DNA of 64,000 nucleotides from Anaerolineae bacterium (GTDB lineage: Bacteria; Chloroflexota; Anaerolineae; B4-G1; SLSP01): the NCBI GenBank assembly GCA_035347995.1, contig DAOPQD010000007.1:888-64887 (forward strand), in the 5' to 3' direction. A program made the position numbers and the translations under genes. The notes below the pieces were generated by a model that searched no databases, was not told the DNA's origin, and saw only the letters and a list, made by a program, of their open reading frames with translations. Shown here piece by piece: positions 56,228 through 63,990 of the stretch; positions within the stretch are counted from its first letter, which is position 1, and each line of letters begins with the position of its first letter.

Positions 56228-57295
56228 GTGCGTCCGTCGGTCATTCCAGTCCTCAAAGCCTTGCTTGCCGCAGCGCTCTTCGGCATCAGTGCGCCGCTGT
56301 CCAAGACGCTGCTGGGTGAAGTCGCCCCGATCCCGCTGGCCGGTCTGCTCTACCTGGGCAGCGGGCTGACCGCTGCCGTCCTGTTGGCCTTCCAGCGCCG
56401 CACGGCGCCGGAAGGGGAGGCGCGCTTGCAGCGCAGCGATCTCCCCTGGCTGGCAGGGGCCGTGTCGGCGGGCGGGATTGCGGCGCCGATCATTTTGATG
56501 TTCAGCCTGCGCAGCACTCCCGCCACCACCGCCGCGTTGTTACTCAATTTCGAAAGCGCCGCCACCACACTCATCGCCGGGTTGATCTTCCACGAGGCCA
56601 TCGGGCGGAGGACAGGTTGGGCGGTGGGGCTGATCACGCTGGCCAGCATTCTCCTGTCCTGGGATAATAACGGGCAGTGGGGCCTGGCGCCGGGCGCGCT
56701 GGGGATTCTGGCCGCCTGCACGTTGTGGGGACTGGATAATAACTTCACGCGGAACATTTCAGCCCGCAATCCCCTGGTCATCGTGACCTGGAAAGGACTG
56801 GGCGCGGGGACGTTTTCCGTGATCCTGGCGCTGGTGACGGGACAAGCGTTTCCCGCTCCTGCGGTCATGCTGCGCGCGTTGCTGCTGGGCGGGGTCAGCT
56901 ATGGCCTGAGCATTATGCTCTTCATCCTCGCTCTCCGCGACCTGGGGGCGGCGCGCACCAGCGCGCTCTTCAGCAGCGCTCCCTTCATCGGCATGACGCT
57001 GGCCTTTGTCCTGTTTCGCGACCCTCTCGCCCCGGCTTTCCTGCTGGCCCTGCCGGTCATGCTCGGCGGCGCCCTGTTGCTCATCGGGGAGGGCCACCAG
57101 CACGAGCATTACCATCCGCGCCTGGTACACGAGCACCGCCATCGGCACGACGACGGCCATCATGCCCATGTCCATGCCGCCGGCGAAATTCCCGCGCACG
57201 GCTGGCATTCACATCCTCACATCCACGAGCCTCAGACCCACACGCATCCTCACACGCCGGATCTCCACCATCAGCACCGGCACGAGACCCCTTAG
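56228..57295 (+). CDS. EamA/DMT family permease with histidine-rich C-terminal tail
   Basis: About 10 TM with a two-EamA-domain layout. The last 69 aa contain 24 His (GEGHQHEHYHPRLVHEHRHRHDDGHHAHVH...HHQHRHETP). Confidence 0.75.
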   Translation: MRPSVIPVLKALLAAALFGISAPLSKTLLGEVAPIPLAGLLYLGSGLTAAVLLAFQRRTAPEGEARLQRSDLPWLAGAVSAGGIAAPIILMFSLRSTPATTAALLLNFESAATTLIAGLIFHEAIGRRTGWAVGLITLASILLSWDNNGQWGLAPGALGILAACTLWGLDNNFTRNISARNPLVIVTWKGLGAGTFSVILALVTGQAFPAPAVMLRALLLGGVSYGLSIMLFILALRDLGAARTSALFSSAPFIGMTLAFVLFRDPLAPAFLLALPVMLGGALLLIGEGHQHEHYHPRLVHEHRHRHDDGHHAHVHAAGEIPAHGWHSHPHIHEPQTHTHPHTPDLHHQHRHETP

Positions 57296-57343
57296 CGGCA
57301 CCATCATGCGGCGGTTTGACCCGGGATCCTGTTCCAGGCGCAA

Positions 57344-57371
57344 TTGCCAATCCTGCACAAAGGAGTATAAA
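57344..57371 (+). promoter_or_regulatory. candidate promoter TTGCCA-16-TATAAA
   Basis: TTGCCA at 57344-57349 and TATAAA at 57366-57371. The predicted start coincides with the first bases of leader repeat copy 1 (57376). Confidence 0.45.
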
Positions 57372-57375
57372 GTCT

Positions 57376-57508
57376 GGCTGAGGATGGAATCCCTAGCCTG
57401 ACACAAGCCGCTCGCGCTGAAGCGCGGTGTTGGAGGACGTAGCAGCCCCGGGGGCCAGGAATTTCTCATCTGATTCGTGAAATTCGGGTTCATTCGAGGC
57501 CATTTTCG
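57376..57508 (+). repeat. 133-nt leader repeat, copy 1
   Basis: Collinear with 57590-57722. The 3' 75 nt or so are identical and the 5' 58 nt carry about 9 substitutions. Confidence 0.9.
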
Positions 57509-57589
57509 CAGGAGACGTCATGTGCTGGCGCACATCATGCAAGCATGAAAATGTGAGTCGTGAGCAGCGACGGCGACGGCTCACGGGTC

Positions 57590-57722
57590 GGCTGGGAATG
57601 GAATCCCCCGCCTGACACGAGCCCACCGCGCTGAAGCGCGGTGTTTGAGGACGTAGCAGCCCCGGGGGCCAGGAATTTCTCATCTGATTCGTGAAATTCG
57701 GGTTCATTCGAGGCCATTTTCG
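57590..57722 (+). repeat. 133-nt leader repeat, copy 2 (immediately precedes RBS/ATG of the PLP enzyme gene)
   Basis: See copy 1. The period is 214 nt. It ends ...GGCCATTTTCG followed by GAGGAGATCATCATG. Confidence 0.9.
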
Positions 57723-57734
57723 GAGGAGATCATC

Positions 57735-58910
57735 ATGTCCACAGAAGAGCATCTGCACACCTTAGCCATTCACGCCGGGGAGGATGAAGGCTTGCCCGAT
57801 GTCGCCGCGCCGCTGCACATGGCGAGCACGTTCCGCTACGCCAGCGCCGCCGAAGCCGCGCACGCCTTCGAGACCGAGGAGCGCCCCATCTACACGCGCT
57901 GGGGCAATCCCACTCTCGCCATGCTGGAAGCCAAAGTCGCAGCGCTGGAAGGCGGAGAGGCGGCGCTGGCTACCGCCTCCGGGATGGCCGCCGTCAGCAC
58001 GGCGCTGCTCACCGCGCTGCAGGCGGGCGATCACGTCGTCGCGACCACGGGGTTGTACAGCGGGACTTACAGCCTGCTCACCCGCGACCTGCCCCGCTTC
58101 GGCGTCGAGACCACGCTCGTCGAAGCCACCAATCCCGACGCCTTCGCCGCCGCGCTGCGTCCTAATACCCGCGCCATCTACCTGGAATCGCCCGGCAACC
58201 CCACCCTCGCGCTCAACGACGTGGCCGCCATCACCGCCCTGGCGCGGGAAAGGAGCATCCTCACCTTCATGGACAACACCTTCGCCACGCCCTTCAATCA
58301 GCGCCCGCTGGAGCTGGGCGTGGATGTGGTGGTGCATTCGGCGACCAAGTTCTTCTGCGGGCACGGCGACGCGATTGGCGGCGTGATCGTGGCCCCGCAG
58401 GACTTCATCACACGAGCGCTCAAGGGGCCGCTGCGCACCTTCGGCGGCTGCATGAGCCCCTTCAACGCCTGGCTTATCGCCCGCGGTATCCATACCTTCC
58501 CGCTGCGGATGGCGCGCCACAACGCCAATGCCCTGCGCGTCGCCGAATGGCTGGCCGAACAGCCCGGTATCACTGGAATGCGCTATCCGTGGCACCCGGC
58601 GCACCCTCAATACGCGCTCGCCCGCGCCCAGATGCCGGGCGGCGGCGGGGGCGTGGTCGTCTTCGAGGTAGCAGGGGGCGAGCAAGCCGGCGCGCGCCTG
58701 CTCGATGCGGTGCGGCTGTGTACGCGAACCGTGAGCCTGGGTGACACGCGCACGCTCATCACCCACGCGGCAAGCACTACCCATCGCAGCGTCCCCAAGG
58801 CGGCGCGGCTCGCTGCCGGACTGAGCGATGGTCTGGTGCGACTGGCTGTGGGGCTCGAAGCGGTCGAGGACATCATCGCGGATCTGGAGCAGGCGCTGCG
58901 CGCGGTGTGA
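57735..58910 (+). CDS. Cys/Met-metabolism PLP-dependent enzyme (cystathionine gamma-synthase / methionine gamma-lyase / O-acylhomoserine sulfhydrylase family)
   Basis: 391 aa. TRWGNPT...ASGMAA...HSATKFFCGHGD (PLP lysine) is the family signature. I cannot call substrate specificity from the sequence. Confidence 0.8.
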   Translation: MSTEEHLHTLAIHAGEDEGLPDVAAPLHMASTFRYASAAEAAHAFETEERPIYTRWGNPTLAMLEAKVAALEGGEAALATASGMAAVSTALLTALQAGDHVVATTGLYSGTYSLLTRDLPRFGVETTLVEATNPDAFAAALRPNTRAIYLESPGNPTLALNDVAAITALARERSILTFMDNTFATPFNQRPLELGVDVVVHSATKFFCGHGDAIGGVIVAPQDFITRALKGPLRTFGGCMSPFNAWLIARGIHTFPLRMARHNANALRVAEWLAEQPGITGMRYPWHPAHPQYALARAQMPGGGGGVVVFEVAGGEQAGARLLDAVRLCTRTVSLGDTRTLITHAASTTHRSVPKAARLAAGLSDGLVRLAVGLEAVEDIIADLEQALRAV

Positions 58911-58950
58911 GACGCTCCTGCCGCATCACAGTCGGAGGTGACTTGAAAGT

Positions 58951-58980
58951 CGCGCGGCCTGATGCATCACAGGCCGCGCG
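58951..58980. terminator. hairpin between convergent genes (bidirectional terminator candidate)
   Basis: CGCGCGGCCTG-N8-CAGGCCGCGCG, an 11-bp stem. The flanking U-tracts are weak. Confidence 0.45.
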
Positions 58981-59004
58981 ATTGTGTCCGATCAAAGGCC
59001 GCCG

Positions 59005-60132
59005 CTACGTCCCGCCCTCATACACCCGAGGCACGCGCGCGTTGATCTGGCACGTCACCTCGTAGGTGATTGTCCCCAGCTGCTCCGCCCACTCGTAAGC
59101 GGTGATCTCCGCGTCGCCGCTGCGCCCGATGAGCACGACCTCCTCGCCCACGCGCGCTTCCGTCTCCGGCCCCAGGTTGACCATGCTCTGATCCATGCAG
59201 ACGCGCCCGACGATAGGATAGCTGCGTCCGCCAATGAGCACGCGCCCCCGGTTGGAGAAAAGCCGATTGAAGCCGTCGGCGTAGCCCACCGGAATCGTGG
59301 CAATCCACGTGCGCTCCGGCGCGACCCACGTCCGCCCGTAGCCGATGCTTGTCCCCGCTTCCACTTGCTTGAGGAAGGAGATCCGCGTGAGGAAACTCAG
59401 CCCCGGCTTGAGCGGGATCGTGCGCGGCGTTTCCGCATCGGGATAGAAGCCGTAGATCATGATGCCGGGGCGCACCATGTCGAACCAGCCGTCGGGATGG
59501 GCCAGCACGGCGCCGGAGTTGGCGCAGTGGACAAGCGCGACCCGTCGTCCAAGCGCGGTGTGAATCGCATCCACGGTCGTGCGGAAGCGGGCGATCTGTT
59601 CGCAGGTGTAGGCCGGATCGGCGATGTCGCTCACCGGCAGGTGCGTGAAGAGGCCCTCCAGCCGCAGGTGCGGACACGCGCGCTCGAGGTGCGCCGCCAG
59701 CGCGGGGGCCTCTTCCGGTGCAACGCCAATCCGTCCCATGCCGGTATCCACCTTGAGATGCACCGTCGCCGTGCGCCGCAGCGCGCGACACACGCTTTCA
59801 AGCGCGTCGGCGTTGGCGCGGTCGCACACCGTCAGCGTGAGGTCATTTTCCACCGCCGCTGCCATCTCTTCAGGGAAAGCATGGCTCAGTTTGAGGATGG
59901 GCAGCCGGATGCCGGCAGCGCGCAGTTGCAATCCCTCCGGCACGGTAGCGACGCCCAACCACTCGACGCCACTACGCTCGGCCAGACGAGAGACTTCCAC
60001 CGCGCCGTGGCCGTAGCCGTTGGCCTTCACCGCGATAAGAATCTTCCGTTCCGGTCCCACCGCCTGGCGGATGCCTTCAAGGTTGAAGCGAATGTTCTGC
60101 AAGTGAATGCGAGCATGGGTTTGGTAGAGCAT
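59005..60132 (-). CDS. alr: alanine racemase
   Basis: 375 aa. AVKANGYGHGAVEV (PLP lysine motif) and a C-terminal beta domain ending ...VPRVY. Confidence 0.88.
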   Translation of the reverse strand: MLYQTHARIHLQNIRFNLEGIRQAVGPERKILIAVKANGYGHGAVEVSRLAERSGVEWLGVATVPEGLQLRAAGIRLPILKLSHAFPEEMAAAVENDLTLTVCDRANADALESVCRALRRTATVHLKVDTGMGRIGVAPEEAPALAAHLERACPHLRLEGLFTHLPVSDIADPAYTCEQIARFRTTVDAIHTALGRRVALVHCANSGAVLAHPDGWFDMVRPGIMIYGFYPDAETPRTIPLKPGLSFLTRISFLKQVEAGTSIGYGRTWVAPERTWIATIPVGYADGFNRLFSNRGRVLIGGRSYPIVGRVCMDQSMVNLGPETEARVGEEVVLIGRSGDAEITAYEWAEQLGTITYEVTCQINARVPRVYEGGT

Positions 60133-60157
60133 AGAGTTTGTCAGTCCTTGTGTAGAA

Positions 60158-60210
60158 ATGGGTGATGGGTGATGGGCAATGAGTGCTCGTTACCCCTTAC
60201 CCATCACCAC
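60158..60210. repeat. GGGTGAT/ATCACCC heptamer hairpin element overlapping the 3' end of the next gene
   Basis: ATGGGTGATGGGTGATGGGCAATGAG...CTCGTTACCCCTTACCCATCACCAC. The right arm encodes the last residues VVMGKG and the TAA stop of ORF 60190-61272. Confidence 0.85.
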
Positions 60211-61272
60211 CTTCTGCACATACACCGAGGTGCTGGCCGCAAGGAGTGCGCCGTAGCCGGGGGTGAAGGCAATTTCCGCACCGAGGGTCACGGGGTGCTG
60301 CGCGTCTTCCACATCGAGGATGAGATGATCGCTGCTGCCCCCCAGGACGATGACGCCGGGGTCCTCCGGTTCGAGGTTATCCACGACGACGTCCTGCCGA
60401 CCCAGGTTACAGATGGCGCGCCGACGCACGCCGCGATCCACGAACTCCGGCGTCCCGCCGAAGGCGTCCTGTCCGCGCTCGCCGATGGGGACGGAGGGCT
60501 TGCGCTCCAGCTCCACCACCTCGCCCACCACACGGAAAGTGTCCTGCCGGGCGCCGGGCCAGGGCGAACGGTCAATCACGCTGCGGCCCAGCAGCATCGT
60601 CTCGCCGATGCGCAGCATGTTGATCTCCGGCGGCATTCCTCCGGCGGCGAGCAGCGGCAGATTCGCGCTGTTCCCGCCGCAGAGGACGGGCAGCTCCAGA
60701 CCGGTCGCCGCGCGACAGGTGTCACGGAGATCCCGCAACTGCTGCATCTTCTCCGTGGTGGGGATGACGCCGCCGTAGCAGGCGAGGTTGCAGCCCAGGC
60801 CGATGATCTCGAGGGCGGGCAGCGTCGCCGCCTCGCGGAGCGCGTCCACGGCGCGATCGGGCCAGATGCCCTCGCGCAGATCGCCGAGATCCACCATGAA
60901 GATGACCTGATGCCGGACGCCGTAGAAGGCCGCGGCCTGCGAGAGCAAGCGCAGCGTGGCGACGGACGAGTTGAGGGAGACATCGCTCCAGCGCACCACA
61001 TCGGCGGCCTGGCCCGGCGCGGGGATGCGGAGCAGCATCAGCGGCAGCGTCGCGCCCATGCGCCGCAGCGCCTGCAGGTTCTCGAGGCGCGAGTCGGCGA
61101 GTAAATCCGCGCCCGCCTCCACGAGCGCCCGCGCCACCGCCGGGTGCGCGCAGGTCACCTTGGTCACGGCCGCCACGCGGATGCCGTGGCGATGACACAG
61201 GCCCAGAATCGCGCGCGCGTTCTCCGCGATGCGCTGCGGGTAGATTTCCAGTCGGGGAGTGAAATTGGGCAT
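60190..61272 (-). CDS. alanine/ornithine racemase family PLP enzyme (Orr-like)
   Basis: 360 aa. N-terminal TIM-barrel with AAVTKV (PLP Lys). The overall pattern matches the short racemase family that includes clostridial ornithine racemase. Confidence 0.65.
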   Translation of the reverse strand: MPNFTPRLEIYPQRIAENARAILGLCHRHGIRVAAVTKVTCAHPAVARALVEAGADLLADSRLENLQALRRMGATLPLMLLRIPAPGQAADVVRWSDVSLNSSVATLRLLSQAAAFYGVRHQVIFMVDLGDLREGIWPDRAVDALREAATLPALEIIGLGCNLACYGGVIPTTEKMQQLRDLRDTCRAATGLELPVLCGGNSANLPLLAAGGMPPEINMLRIGETMLLGRSVIDRSPWPGARQDTFRVVGEVVELERKPSVPIGERGQDAFGGTPEFVDRGVRRRAICNLGRQDVVVDNLEPEDPGVIVLGGSSDHLILDVEDAQHPVTLGAEIAFTPGYGALLAASTSVYVQKVVMGKG

Positions 61273-61374
61273 GGGACCTCCATGAGAGGTATGATGAGCG
61301 CACAGGGCGCACTCAATCTATATGCACCATCACGTTCTATCATTCATTATTGCGGGTATCATACGAAGGATGTG

Positions 61375-61677
61375 CTATCCTGGGCCAGAAAAAACCAAAA
61401 CTTCGCGCTCAAGCCGTGCGCCCAATTCATCCTCTGCCAGATCCAAATCATAGTCCATTTGCAATCCCAGCCAGAATTTCGCGGAGGTCCCAAAGTAATG
61501 TGCCAGACGTAAAGCTGTATCCGCAGTGATACGCCGCTTCCCCAGCACAATTTCATTGATGCGCCGCGGGGGCACGCCCATGCTCAACGCCAGACGATTC
61601 TGGCTGAGAGCCATAGGCTTCAGAAATTCTTCTAGCAATACTTCACCTGGATGCACTGGAGCCAGTTTTTCAATCAT
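61375..61677 (-). CDS. higA: HigA family antitoxin (XRE-type HTH)
   Basis: HPGEVLLEEFLKPMALSQNRLALSMGVPPRRINEIVLGKRRITADTALRLAHYFGTSAKFWLGLQ is the canonical HigA pattern. Confidence 0.88.
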   Translation of the reverse strand: MIEKLAPVHPGEVLLEEFLKPMALSQNRLALSMGVPPRRINEIVLGKRRITADTALRLAHYFGTSAKFWLGLQMDYDLDLAEDELGARLEREVLVFSGPG

Positions 61678-61688
61678 CGGTTTTCTCC

Positions 61689-61970
61689 CTAATGATAATC
61701 TGTGATTTCAACGTCGCCAGCGTCGCCATCTACCCACGTAAAACATATCCGCCATTGATCATTGATTCGAATACTATATTGCCCGACTTTATCGCCCCGC
61801 AACTTCTCTAATCGGTTTGCGGGTGGAATACGCAAATCCTCCAATGTGACTGCATTGTTCAGCATCCGCAATTTCCGCAGCGCGACTTGCTGGATTGTGG
61901 CAGGCAATTTACGCGAGAACTGACGATGAAAGATTTTTTCAGTCTCTGCATCTTTGAATGTCTTGATCAT
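61689..61970 (-). CDS. higB: HigB toxin (RelE/ParE superfamily, plasmid maintenance system killer)
   Basis: MIKTFKDAETEKIF...RKLRMLNNA..LEDLRIPPANRLEKLRGD..GQYSIRINDQWRICF is the HigB pattern. The toxin precedes the antitoxin, as in higBA. Confidence 0.88.
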   Translation of the reverse strand: MIKTFKDAETEKIFHRQFSRKLPATIQQVALRKLRMLNNAVTLEDLRIPPANRLEKLRGDKVGQYSIRINDQWRICFTWVDGDAGDVEITDYH

Positions 61971-61974
61971 ATTC

Positions 61975-62007
61975 TATAACGTATTGCGTTAAACGTCAAG
62001 CGTTATA
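61975..62007 (-). promoter_or_regulatory. inverted repeat TATAACG-N19-CGTTATA upstream of higB (candidate HigA operator)
   Basis: A 7-bp perfect inverted repeat begins 5 nt upstream of the higB start codon, in an AT-rich gap. Confidence 0.4.
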
Positions 62008-62052
62008 CGGAAGAAGCACACATCATTAGCCAGCATTCCCAAGAGAAGGCTC

Positions 62053-63432
62053 TTATCTGAGCCGGGGCGCACGCAGCTGGCTGACGGGGCGTCTGCCGCT
62101 CTCGGCCAGCTCCTCCGCTACCCAGCGGCGGAAGGTCTCTTTCACCTCCTGCGGGTACGCCTGAGCGAGGGTGCCGAGCGCGGAGAAGCGATAATCGCGG
62201 TCCAGCAGAATCTGCACTTCGGGACGCGGCAGAAGGTATTTGCCCGGCCCGGTGCAGACGCGCCGCAGGATCACGTCACCGCCCTCGACGCGGGTGAGCG
62301 CGCCGCCCGTGCCGATGACCCATTTGACCGCGGTGAGGTCCTTTCCCTTGACGATTTGCTTCTTGCCGGTCGGCATGTAGAGGTCGCTCACGACGCCGGC
62401 ATGTCGCCGAACGCCGGTCTCGACCGCCTGTGTGCAGAGCCAGCGAGTGAGCTCTTTAGCGCGCTCGGTGGTGGGAATGGCCTCCAGGTCAGCCAGGCGC
62501 GCTTCCCATTCCGGATCGTGCTGCAATTCCACGATGTGGCGCGCGTTGACATAGACGCCCAGGTCGCCCTCGACGGTGCGTTTGGCGCGCGGCTCCGGCT
62601 CGACGAGGCGCGGAGCCCACTCTGGGCTGCCGTCGGTGACGCTGTGCACGTCCGTCGTCGCGCCGCCCACATCAAAGACCAGACAATCCCCCAGCTCCTC
62701 GGCGAAGAGCTCGGCCCCGCGCAACACTGCGCCCGGCGTCGGGAGGATGCCCCAGCGGGTCAGCTCAGCGATGTGACCCATCCCCGGCCCATGGATGATG
62801 TGTCGGTTGAAGACTTCGTGGATCACCTGGCGCAGCGGCTCGACGTTGAGCACGTCCACCTCGGGGAAGACGTTGTCGGCCAGCAGCAGCTCCATGCCGG
62901 CTTCCGCAAAAATCTGCTGGATGTGTTTGCGGATGGCGATGTTGCCGGCGTAGATGACCGGCGCGGATAACCTCAGGCCGGCAAGTTTCTCGGCGTTCTG
63001 CAGGACGACGGTCTTCTCACCGTAGTCCACGCCGCCCGCCAGGAGGACGATGTTGGGGCGGAGGGCGCGGATGTCATCCAGATCGTAAGCGCTGAGCGCG
63101 CCTGCCGTGACCAGCTTGACGATGGCGCCCGCGCCCAGGGCCGCCTCGCGGGCCGCTCGCGCCGTCATGCTGTAGGTCAGCCCGTGGACGGTCATCCGCA
63201 GTCCGCCCGCCGCCGAGCTGTTGACGAACGTCTCGTGTGCGGGGGGCAGCGGGCCGAAGTGCGCCTCCAGGTCAGCGATGGCTTCTTGCACGCCCAGGCG
63301 CACATCGCCGGCGGCGACGCTTGTCGGCGCGAAGCCCTGCGCCCGGTGCACGAAGCCGCCGTCTTCTAGCGTGAAGGCATTGGCCTTGGTGATGGTCGAG
63401 CCGACTTCCAGGGTGAGGAAACATAAGGGCAC
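62053..63432 (-). CDS. GlmL/MutL-like protein (glutamate mutase L / aminomutase reactivase-like, ASKHA fold)
   Basis: I place the start at GTG 63432, which follows AGGAGA (VPLCFLTLEVGSTITKANAF). The upstream 35 aa of the track ORF run through the CACGAAT repeat array. Confidence 0.6.
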   Translation of the reverse strand: MPLCFLTLEVGSTITKANAFTLEDGGFVHRAQGFAPTSVAAGDVRLGVQEAIADLEAHFGPLPPAHETFVNSSAAGGLRMTVHGLTYSMTARAAREAALGAGAIVKLVTAGALSAYDLDDIRALRPNIVLLAGGVDYGEKTVVLQNAEKLAGLRLSAPVIYAGNIAIRKHIQQIFAEAGMELLLADNVFPEVDVLNVEPLRQVIHEVFNRHIIHGPGMGHIAELTRWGILPTPGAVLRGAELFAEELGDCLVFDVGGATTDVHSVTDGSPEWAPRLVEPEPRAKRTVEGDLGVYVNARHIVELQHDPEWEARLADLEAIPTTERAKELTRWLCTQAVETGVRRHAGVVSDLYMPTGKKQIVKGKDLTAVKWVIGTGGALTRVEGGDVILRRVCTGPGKYLLPRPEVQILLDRDYRFSALGTLAQAYPQEVKETFRRWVAEELAESGRRPVSQLRAPRLR

Positions 63433-63502
63433 TTTGATCTCCTGAAAACGAGGGGAACACCCTCGCGACTTTTCGCGCTCATTGTAGTTGTAACACAGCC
63501 GG

Positions 63503-63675
63503 CCACGAATCCTCACGAATACACGAATGCCAGCCACGAATCCTCACGAATGCGGCCACGAATCCTCACGAATGCACGAATGCCAGCCACGAATCCTCAC
63601 GAATGCACGAATGCCAGCCACGAATCCTCACGAATGCCACTCCTATTCGTGTTTCATTCGTGTTCCCATTCGCGG
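63503..63675. repeat. CACGAAT heptamer array: 13 forward copies in 31/22-nt super-repeats plus 3 inverted copies
   Basis: The core CCACGAATCCTCACGAAT occurs at 63503, 63534, 63556, 63587 and 63618. The array is followed by ATTCGTGTTTCATTCGTGTTCCCATTCGCGG (opposite arm). Confidence 0.9.
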
Positions 63676-63759
63676 ATGACTGACTCCCCGCCTTGAAAAC
63701 TACAGCCCGTCGCGTTGCAGACAAAACGGCGGGCTGCGATCACACCTGAACAGGTTTCG

Positions 63760-63990
63760 TTAATGCGCCGACGCTACACGAGTGCTTTTCCCTGCAATCT
63801 CAACCAGCAGCCGCAGAGCGTTATTGACCGATTCCGAATCCGGGAATATCTCCGCTATGTCTGGCGATAAGACCACGACATTGCTGCCCTGTGCGAAGCG
63901 CTCCACATACTTGCCGCGCACGCCCTGGCTAAAATCGTAATCGTCTAACATATCGGGGTCGCGTTCTATTTCTTCAACTTGCTTCTTCAT
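63760..63990 (-). CDS. putative type II antitoxin-like small protein
   Basis: 76 aa. The MLDDYDFSQGVRGKYVERF motif recurs in small antitoxin-like proteins as far as I recall. The region has lower GC. Any partner gene would lie beyond the window end. Confidence 0.4.
   Translation of the reverse strand: MKKQVEEIERDPDMLDDYDFSQGVRGKYVERFAQGSNVVVLSPDIAEIFPDSESVNNALRLLVEIAGKSTRVASAH

Noticed and set aside
57296-57734. SAM riboswitch or T-box leader upstream of the Cys/Met PLP enzyme
   Set aside because: The SAM-I core elements and the T-box sequence are not discernible. The region is instead explained by duplicated repeat units shared with the non-sulfur gene pepF.
63503-63675. Possible CRISPR array, because of regularly spaced repeats
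   Set aside because: The interspersed segments are themselves the same heptamer (CACGAAT) rather than unique spacers. The repeat period is only 22-31 nt, and no cas genes are present in the window.
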